NCBI GenBank assembly: GCA_050259615.1
Contig: JBLNAZ010000020.1
Coordinates: 1,513 to 65,512 of the forward strand
Length of the DNA: 64,000 bases
Direction of reading: 5' to 3'
Source: Syntrophomonadaceae bacterium
GTDB taxonomy: Bacteria; Bacteroidota; Ignavibacteria; Ignavibacteriales; SURF-24
A program made the translations under genes and the position numbers. Below, piece by piece: positions 37,784-44,056 of the stretch; positions within the stretch are counted from its first letter, which is position 1; every line of letters starts with the position of its first letter. Below the pieces are notes generated by a model. It ran no database searches. It was given only the letters and a program-made list of their open reading frames with translations, and was not told the DNA's origin.

Positions 37784-39877
37784 TCACTTTAGAAAAACAA
37801 GCTTCCGGGTTTCCGAATAGCTGCCCGACTTAAGATGGCAGAAATAAATTCCGCCCGGAAGATTCCCGGCATTAAAACGGATTTCGTGCTTTCCTGCCGA
37901 CATAATTGTGTCCACCAGGGTTTCCACTTCGCGCCCTAATGCATCAATTATCTGTATCTTTACCTCTCCCCTTTCAGGAATCTGATACGGAATCACAGTT
38001 GCCGGATTAAAGGGATTCGGGTAATTCTGAAAAAGCCCGTAACCGCTTAAAGGACTGTTAACAGGCACACTTGTAAGATTTATGTAACCGGGCTGTGCCA
38101 TTACACCACTTTCCTTGCTCAATATACTGTAAAGCACCGGATCAGTAAGAACTTTATCTGTCTTATAACTTACTCCGTCTATCGATATATCTGAATTAAG
38201 AAGACGGATGCCGTGGCTGTAGTCTACATATGTATCTATATGTATATTCGTTAAAGGCTGAATTGCTGATCCGTCCAGCTTATGCCAGCCATAAATGACT
38301 ACATGGCGGGGCCTTGCGGGATCGGTAATCTTATTGCTTACAACAACATCTTTTTTTGTCCCTCCGGTTAACTGCCCCAGACTTCCTCCTGCAGAAATCC
38401 TTTCAGATTCAATTGCCTGGCTGTGCTCAATAAATTTTGCCACCATTTCATTTGCATTTCCTACGGGAGTGTATGTAACAGGAGCAAGCTTTATTTCCGA
38501 GTGGGTGTAAATATCATCAACCAGTTTGCTTGTAGGCATCGTGGTACCCGAAAGATTGGCCAGCTTCTGTGCCGTTATGGGTCCCATCGGTATACGGCAG
38601 AAGTCCGAATTGGAGCCTATTGCAAGGTAATCGGGTGTAACATCGTAACTTACAGAGTGGCTTATTCCAGAAGCATCTTTTAAGGTGGTCCTTATGGTAA
38701 CCATATTTCTTAAAAAGTCGGGCACGTTGCCTCTTGAAATTTCATTGTATATTTCAGTTTCTCTCTGCTCAAATGTCATAAACTGCACTTTCTGCATAAA
38801 AGCTGAACCCGTAAGGGCGTTTGCCGGGCGCTGCGGCAGATTGAGCATTTTAGGAACGTACACTTCTGGCTGAACCAAATCCGTATATGACCTCTGGCCA
38901 AAATACTTATAGCCCTGCTCTTCGTAAGGTGTACCTGAAGCTATTGCCTGTATGAATCCGTTCAGTTCAACCTGCACGGTGTGTAAAATCTGCCTTAGGG
39001 GATTTTCCTTCAGTATTATTTTAATTCTTCCGTTAAGGGCCGTATATTTTATGAATGATGAATCTGCCGCAGACGTAAAGCTGAAAAACTGCGAAAGGTA
39101 TTTTTTCATCATTTTCGTTCTGTACCACGTGCCTCCTGTGGGGCTTACAACAGGCTGGCCATTATAAAGAGCTATGCTGTCGTTATAGGCTATAACGCTT
39201 AAGAAGTGCTTATCCGAGGATTTAAGCCAGTCTGCAAGCTTTTTGCCATAAGTGTCGTCGTAATTATAATCGCTGTCCAGAAAAGAAATCCTCTCAACCC
39301 GGTCCGGAATTGAATCCATGGCATTCATAAAGCTGAAAGTAAAGCCCCCGCCGCCGCTGTGGCCCGAAAGGATAACAAAAGGATTTGTATTTTTAAAAAT
39401 ACTTAGCACCGAATCGGCTATATTTTTTACCAGAAGCGCATTATCCGGGTGTTTGCTTCTCCATGAAGGCCAGCTTTTCTGGTCGGTCTGAAGATATATA
39501 GTTACAATATTATAATCTTTCATCTGCCTGCGCAGGAATCTAGTCTGCGCGCCTATATGCTGTATGTCAAAGTGCCAGTCGTCCCCTGTTTTTAACGTTT
39601 TACCTATTGTCTGCTCAATTGTGTTGCCGTTAGGAAGCGCAAAGAAAACAAGCCCCGTGGGTTTAGTTAAGTCGAAGGAACTGTCATCAGGAGCATTTAT
39701 CTGGATCCTGACCTCGGGACTGAAAGTAAAGTTTAGGATCTGCTCGTTAAAAAAAGGGCTTTTTATAAATCCCTTCAGCCTTCCCGTACCTGTCTGGGCG
39801 TTTAATGCTGAAGAGACAGGGCAGAAAACCTGAGAAAAAAGGGTGAATAAAACATAGAGGAAATTTTTCGCAGTCAT
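37784..39877 (-). CDS. secreted protein with hydrolase-like GHSGGG motif and T9SS C-terminal sorting domain
   Basis: 697 aa. Signal peptide, ILSGHSGGGGFTF (nucleophile-elbow-like), and C-terminus NYPNPFNPATVIPYQIP...IIDALGREV...GGIYFCHLKSG. Confidence 0.75.
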   Translation of the reverse strand: MTAKNFLYVLFTLFSQVFCPVSSALNAQTGTGRLKGFIKSPFFNEQILNFTFSPEVRIQINAPDDSSFDLTKPTGLVFFALPNGNTIEQTIGKTLKTGDDWHFDIQHIGAQTRFLRRQMKDYNIVTIYLQTDQKSWPSWRSKHPDNALLVKNIADSVLSIFKNTNPFVILSGHSGGGGFTFSFMNAMDSIPDRVERISFLDSDYNYDDTYGKKLADWLKSSDKHFLSVIAYNDSIALYNGQPVVSPTGGTWYRTKMMKKYLSQFFSFTSAADSSFIKYTALNGRIKIILKENPLRQILHTVQVELNGFIQAIASGTPYEEQGYKYFGQRSYTDLVQPEVYVPKMLNLPQRPANALTGSAFMQKVQFMTFEQRETEIYNEISRGNVPDFLRNMVTIRTTLKDASGISHSVSYDVTPDYLAIGSNSDFCRIPMGPITAQKLANLSGTTMPTSKLVDDIYTHSEIKLAPVTYTPVGNANEMVAKFIEHSQAIESERISAGGSLGQLTGGTKKDVVVSNKITDPARPRHVVIYGWHKLDGSAIQPLTNIHIDTYVDYSHGIRLLNSDISIDGVSYKTDKVLTDPVLYSILSKESGVMAQPGYINLTSVPVNSPLSGYGLFQNYPNPFNPATVIPYQIPERGEVKIQIIDALGREVETLVDTIMSAGKHEIRFNAGNLPGGIYFCHLKSGSYSETRKLVFLK

Positions 39878-40038
39878 TTTTTACTTTTGTCCTTAAAATA
39901 CAGTTGCAATATTTTTCAGGTAAAACTAAGATTTTTCCTCCCAAATATGAATAGAATTAAATTTTATTTTCAGGCACTTGAATTTTTAACTTACTAATAT
40001 TATGTTACCAGTTAAAATAATTGCTAGTGACAACTATT

Positions 40039-40446
40039 ATGACTAAAGTTATAGATCTGATTTTTGAGATCAAGAACAAGTGCATCTTAAATGAAGAAGA
40101 AATTATGGGAGCCTATAGGCTTTCCCCCGCTGAATACAGGGGCCTTTTGGCTATAAGTCAGGGGGAAACGGTTACATGCAGGGAGCTTTCGGAAAAGATG
40201 GGACTTTCACCTTCCAGGGGAAGCAGAGTAATTTTCAAGCTCATAAAAAACGGTTATATTAAACAATGGGCCTCTGCTGAAGACAGAAGGTGCCTCTTTG
40301 TAAGCCTGGATGAAAAAGGAATCGGCGTACGCCATAGGATCGAACAGGCCAGATTGGAGTGCGAGGCTCAGATTAAAAGCCGCCTTTCAGCCGAGGAAAT
40401 GGAATTTGTAGTTAACAGCCTTAATAAATTAATAATGGTATTATAA
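40039..40446 (+). CDS. MarR-family transcriptional regulator
   Basis: 135 aa from the ATG at 40039; the track start at 40021 is a TTG. Winged-helix pattern LSPAEYRGLLAI...TCRELSEKMGLSPSRGSRVIFKLIKNGYI...EDRRCLFVSL. Confidence 0.75.
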   Translation: MTKVIDLIFEIKNKCILNEEEIMGAYRLSPAEYRGLLAISQGETVTCRELSEKMGLSPSRGSRVIFKLIKNGYIKQWASAEDRRCLFVSLDEKGIGVRHRIEQARLECEAQIKSRLSAEEMEFVVNSLNKLIMVL

Positions 40447-40449
40447 CAA

Positions 40450-41097
40450 ATGGATACAATTGAGATAAATAAACGCTACAGCCAACTGGCTGAAGAGTCA
40501 TGCTGCCTTTCGTGCGGAGGCGCTCTCGACTTAAGTCAGCCTAAGGAAGGTGAAGTATGCGTGGATCTGGGCTGCGGCCGCGGAACTGATGTGCTCCGCC
40601 TGGCTCAGACGGTGGGTGAAAAAGGATTTGCATACGGAATCGATATTTCAGACGGAATGCTCGAAAAAGCCGCAAAAAACGCGGAGAAGCTGGGAATTAT
40701 GAATGCCCGGTTTATTAAGTCGGAGCTTGAAAAACTGGACCTCGAGAGCAATATAGGGGACCTGGTAATTTCCAACTGCACAATTAACCATGCACATGAT
40801 AAAAGCGCCGTATGGAACGAAATTTACAGGGTTCTTAAAAAGGGTGGAAGATTTGTTATAAGTGATATATATTCAATTGAGGCGGTTCCTGAAGAGTACA
40901 GAACCGATCCGGCAGCCGTTGCGGAATGCTGGGCAGGAGCTGTCCCGAAGGAAGAGTACCTCGCAGTTGTAACTCAGGCAGGATTTACCGGGGTAGAGAT
41001 ACTGGAAGAAAGCAGGCCTTACGAAAAAGGTAAGATTCAGGTTGTCAGTTTCACATTAGCCGGCAAAAAGCCTTCCTGCTGCTGCAGTTGTTCATAA
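40450..41097 (+). CDS. class I SAM-dependent methyltransferase, arsenite methyltransferase (ArsM)-like, with Cys-rich C-terminal tail
   Basis: 215 aa. N-terminal ESCCLSCGG, SAM motif I VDLGCGRGTDV, ISNCTINHA, VLKKGGRFVISD and AECWAGAV. This is the ArsM-type layout with Cys at the three positions I recall as catalytic. Tail is KKPSCCCSCS. The start lies 3 nt after the MarR stop. Confidence 0.6.
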   Translation: MDTIEINKRYSQLAEESCCLSCGGALDLSQPKEGEVCVDLGCGRGTDVLRLAQTVGEKGFAYGIDISDGMLEKAAKNAEKLGIMNARFIKSELEKLDLESNIGDLVISNCTINHAHDKSAVWNEIYRVLKKGGRFVISDIYSIEAVPEEYRTDPAAVAECWAGAVPKEEYLAVVTQAGFTGVEILEESRPYEKGKIQVVSFTLAGKKPSCCCSCS

Positions 41098-41115
41098 CTA
41101 AAAGAAGGAGAAAAA

Positions 41116-41211
41116 GTGAAGTCGTTAGTAAATAATGTTAAGAAATCCGATAAGAAAGTGGCCCAGTGCTGCGCAAAAGTAAGTAAGACCGTTGCAGGCT
41201 GCCACGATTAA
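41116..41211 (+). CDS. unlisted 31-aa Cys-containing peptide ORF (candidate RiPP precursor or thiol-rich ligand peptide)
   Basis: GTG at 41116 lies 5 nt after GAAGGAG (41104-41110). Translation is (M)KSLVNNVKKSDKKVAQCCAKVSKTVAGCHD*. It is followed 40 nt later by a strong terminator and lies immediately upstream of a radical SAM/SPASM gene. Confidence 0.55.
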   Translation: MKSLVNNVKKSDKKVAQCCAKVSKTVAGCHD

Positions 41212-41250
41212 ACTTCTGTTAAAGCTTACCGGAAAATGAAAATTATTTAA

Positions 41251-41284
41251 CTGCAGGGGACATTTCCTCTGCAGTTTTATTTTA
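41251..41284 (+). terminator. rho-independent terminator/attenuator directly after the small peptide ORF
   Basis: CTGCAGGGGA-CATT-TCCTCTGCAG (10 bp, one G-U), followed by TTTTATTTTA. Confidence 0.8.
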
Positions 41285-41313
41285 TTCTGATTACAAAATT
41301 AACTCTTCCGCCG

Positions 41314-41367
41314 GCAGGGATTTTTCCTTAAGCAGGAATTTTTCTGAATCCCGGAAAGGAATCCTGC
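41314..41367 (+). promoter_or_regulatory. three copies of a GCAGGrATTyyTTCC-like motif (two direct, one inverted) upstream of the radical SAM gene
   Basis: Copies are GCAGGGATTTTTCC (41314-41327), GCAGGAATTTTTC (41332-41344) and the inverted GGAAAGGAATCCTGC (41353-41367). This could be an operator or a 5'-leader stem. Confidence 0.35.
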
Positions 41368-41399
41368 ATCAAACCCTTATAAATTAATTGGTCTGTCAA

Positions 41400-42698
41400 A
41401 TGCACTTTTCAAAGTATAATATTTTCTCCAGGATAAGAAACTCGGATAATTACTATCTGGTAAATATCCTCACGGGCAGTGCCGACATTCTCACAAAAGA
41501 AAAAGCTTCCGAGATTAAAAGCGGCAATTACACAGATATTGAGGAGTATATAGAAAAAGGCTACCTCATTGATGAAGTAAAGGAAAAACAGCTTTATAAC
41601 TCAAAGTATCTGGACTTTATAGACGAAAGAGAAAAAGATGAAGTCCAGATCTTCTTTGTGCCCTGGTACGCCTGTAATTTCAGCTGCTCATACTGCTATC
41701 AGTCGGGATATGAAAATAACCCCGGTAAACTCACCAAAGATGTAATAGACGCTTTTTTCGGATACATAAGCAGGGAATTTGCCGAAAGAAGAAAGTATAT
41801 CACGGTTTTCGGCGGTGAGCCTTTATTACCGGGTAAAGCTGCCATGGAAACGGTGGAATATTTTCTGGATAAAGCATCCCAAATGAACCTCGAAACCGCT
41901 TTTGTTACCAACGGCTACACGCTTTCAGAGTATGCGGGTATACTCCGCGGCAGGAAGATCCGTGAAATACAGGTAACACTGGACGGGACTTCTGAAGCGC
42001 ACGATAAAAGGCGTCCTCTTAAAACGGGAGAACCTACTTTTAACAGGATCGTTCAGGGAATAGACAGCGCTCTTAAAGAAAACATAACCGTAAACCTTCG
42101 CATGGTGCTCGACCAGGAAAACATGGAGGCGCTTCCTTTTCTTGCAGCCTTTGCAGTTGAAAAAGGATGGACTAAAAGCCCTCTTTTCAAGACTCAGCTC
42201 GGGCGCAACTATGAACTGCACTACTGCCAGACGGGACAAAGCAAGCTTCTTAGCCGTATAGAATTTTACGAATCAATATATAACATCATATTAAAACATC
42301 CGGAAATTATGGAATTCCACAAACCGGCTTTCTCCATATCCGGATTTTTATTTAAAAACGGCGAGCTCCCCTCGCCTCTTTTTGACGCGTGCACCGGATG
42401 CAAAACCGAATGGGCCTTTGACTATACGGGCAACATATATTCCTGCACAGCTACAGTCGGAAAACCCGGCGAGTCGCTGGGTACATTCTACCCTGAAGTA
42501 ACACGCAAGAGCAAGGTTATAGAGCACTGGGAGGAAAGAGACGTAACTGTTATACCGGAGTGCAGGGACTGCAGTCTGCAGCTTGCATGCGGAGGCGGAT
42601 GTGCAGCAGTGGCTTTTAACCGTACTGGAGAATTGCATTCACCGGACTGCAGACCGGTTAAGGAATTAATTGAAATGGGATTATCATTATATTTTTAA
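41400..42698 (+). CDS. radical SAM enzyme with C-terminal SPASM domain and roughly 80-aa N-terminal extension
   Basis: 432 aa from the ATG at 41400; the track start at 41388 is a TTG. CNFSCSYC (CX3CX2C) begins at residue 92. CKTEWAFDYTGNIYSC (CX9GX4C) and CRDCSLQLACGGGC (CX2CX5CX3C) form a full SPASM motif for auxiliary Fe-S clusters. Confidence 0.85.
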   Translation: MHFSKYNIFSRIRNSDNYYLVNILTGSADILTKEKASEIKSGNYTDIEEYIEKGYLIDEVKEKQLYNSKYLDFIDEREKDEVQIFFVPWYACNFSCSYCYQSGYENNPGKLTKDVIDAFFGYISREFAERRKYITVFGGEPLLPGKAAMETVEYFLDKASQMNLETAFVTNGYTLSEYAGILRGRKIREIQVTLDGTSEAHDKRRPLKTGEPTFNRIVQGIDSALKENITVNLRMVLDQENMEALPFLAAFAVEKGWTKSPLFKTQLGRNYELHYCQTGQSKLLSRIEFYESIYNIILKHPEIMEFHKPAFSISGFLFKNGELPSPLFDACTGCKTEWAFDYTGNIYSCTATVGKPGESLGTFYPEVTRKSKVIEHWEERDVTVIPECRDCSLQLACGGGCAAVAFNRTGELHSPDCRPVKELIEMGLSLYF

Positions 42699-42714
42699 CG
42701 GGAGACAACCTGAC

Positions 42715-44001
42715 ATGCATGAAAATATTAAATACATCAGGCAGGAAGAATTTGAAAATGAAGTATTAAATGCGGGCAAAGTGGCAGTGGATTTTTATTC
42801 AACCGAATGCCCTCCCTGCGAAGCTCTGGCAAGCAAATATGAAACACTAAGCAGCATTTATGGCGATGACATAAAATTCATTAAAATTTTCAGGCAGGAA
42901 AGCCGCGAGCTTGCACTTTCACTTGGCGTTACATCCTCGCCCACAGTTCTGTTCTATGACCATGGAAAACTTACAGGCGAGAGGCTTTCAGGAGGAATAA
43001 AAAGAGCCGACCTGGTTAAAAACCTCGACGCACTTTTACCCATGGAAAGAGTGGGAGAGCTTAAGAAGAAAATTAAACCTGTTGAAACCGAATGCGACGT
43101 TCTTATTATTGGAGCAGGCCCGGCAGGACTTACTTCGGCAATATATACAGCGCAGGCAAAACTTAAAACAATTGTAGTGGATAAAGAGCTCCCTGGCGGA
43201 CAGGTGAAAGTTACTCATCAGGTAAGCAATTATCCGGGCTTTACAGAACCTGTTTCAGGCTATATGCTTATGCATTATATGGCTGAACAGGCAAAGTCGG
43301 CCGGGGTTGACTTCAGAGCTGCAGTTGACGTGACTGAAATTAATCTACAGGATAAATATATTGTAATTGACGGTTTTGAGAAAATATCGGCTGAAAAGAT
43401 AGTGCTTGCCACCGGAAGTTCACCACGGTCCCTAAACGTAAAGGGTGAGAAGGAGTATAAAGGCCAGGGAATATCCTACTGCGCCACATGCGACGCCAAA
43501 TTTTTTGAAGGCAGGCATGCAGTTGTAATAGGCGGGGGAAATTCGGCAATTGAAGAGGCCCTTTTCATTACCAAATTCGCCTCGAAGGTTACGGTTATAC
43601 ACCAGTTCGACAAGCTGCAGGCAAATAAACTGGCGCAGGAAAAGGCTTTTGCAAACCGGAAAATTGAATTCATTTTCGAGCATGAGCCGAGGGAATTTGT
43701 GAAGAACGGACAAAGTGTAAATGAGGTTGTAATGGAAGACCTCAGGACACATGAATTAAAACGCCTTAAGTGCGACGGAGTGTTCATTTTTGCCGGCATG
43801 AAACCTAATATCTCTGAATTCTGCGATAACTTTGAGCTGGATAACTGGGGATATGTAAAAGTGGACAGCGGAATGCATACAAACCTGAAAGATGTTTTTG
43901 CAGTGGGAGACGTTGCAAGCAAACCTTACAGGCAGATAACAACAGCCGTTTCAGACGGGACTGTTGCTGCTATTACAATCTCAAAAGAATTCGAAGGCTA
44001 A
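42715..44001 (+). CDS. fusion protein: N-terminal thioredoxin domain (CPPC) + thioredoxin-disulfide reductase (CATC)
   Basis: 428 aa from the ATG at 42715; the track's TTG start at 42670 overlaps the rSAM gene. Trx fold VAVDFYSTECPPCEAL...SPTVLFY. TrxR part VLIIGAGPAGLTSAIY, ISYCATCDAKFF, VVIGGGNSAIEEA and FAVGDV. Confidence 0.85.
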   Translation: MHENIKYIRQEEFENEVLNAGKVAVDFYSTECPPCEALASKYETLSSIYGDDIKFIKIFRQESRELALSLGVTSSPTVLFYDHGKLTGERLSGGIKRADLVKNLDALLPMERVGELKKKIKPVETECDVLIIGAGPAGLTSAIYTAQAKLKTIVVDKELPGGQVKVTHQVSNYPGFTEPVSGYMLMHYMAEQAKSAGVDFRAAVDVTEINLQDKYIVIDGFEKISAEKIVLATGSSPRSLNVKGEKEYKGQGISYCATCDAKFFEGRHAVVIGGGNSAIEEALFITKFASKVTVIHQFDKLQANKLAQEKAFANRKIEFIFEHEPREFVKNGQSVNEVVMEDLRTHELKRLKCDGVFIFAGMKPNISEFCDNFELDNWGYVKVDSGMHTNLKDVFAVGDVASKPYRQITTAVSDGTVAAITISKEFEG

Positions 44002-44027
44002 GTTCAAGGTTCAAAGTTCAAGGTATA

Positions 44028-44056
44028 AAAAGGTCAGGAATTTATCTGGCCTTTTT
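44028..44056. terminator. hairpin between convergent trx-trxR fusion and histidine kinase genes
   Basis: AAAAGGTCAG-8 nt-CTGGCCTTTT (10 bp, one G-U; AT-rich ends). Overlaps the kinase stop codon. Confidence 0.5.

Noticed and set aside
41400-42698. rSAM considered as ArsL/ArsS (arsenic-related radical SAM) or an anaerobic sulfatase maturase
   Set aside because: As I recall them, ArsL and ArsS lack a SPASM CX2CX5CX3C domain and have different C-termini. anSMEs lack the long N-terminal extension and accompany sulfatase genes, none of which is nearby. This remains to be tested by HMMs.
43476-43922. 148-aa and neighbouring minus-strand ORFs inside the trx-trxR gene
   Set aside because: They are antisense to a motif-complete TrxR frame, with no motifs of their own.
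44002-44024. GTTCAAG/GTTCAAA/GTTCAAG heptamer triplet right after the trx-trxR stop
   Set aside because: There are only three short copies, so it is compatible with chance. No associated structure or gene.
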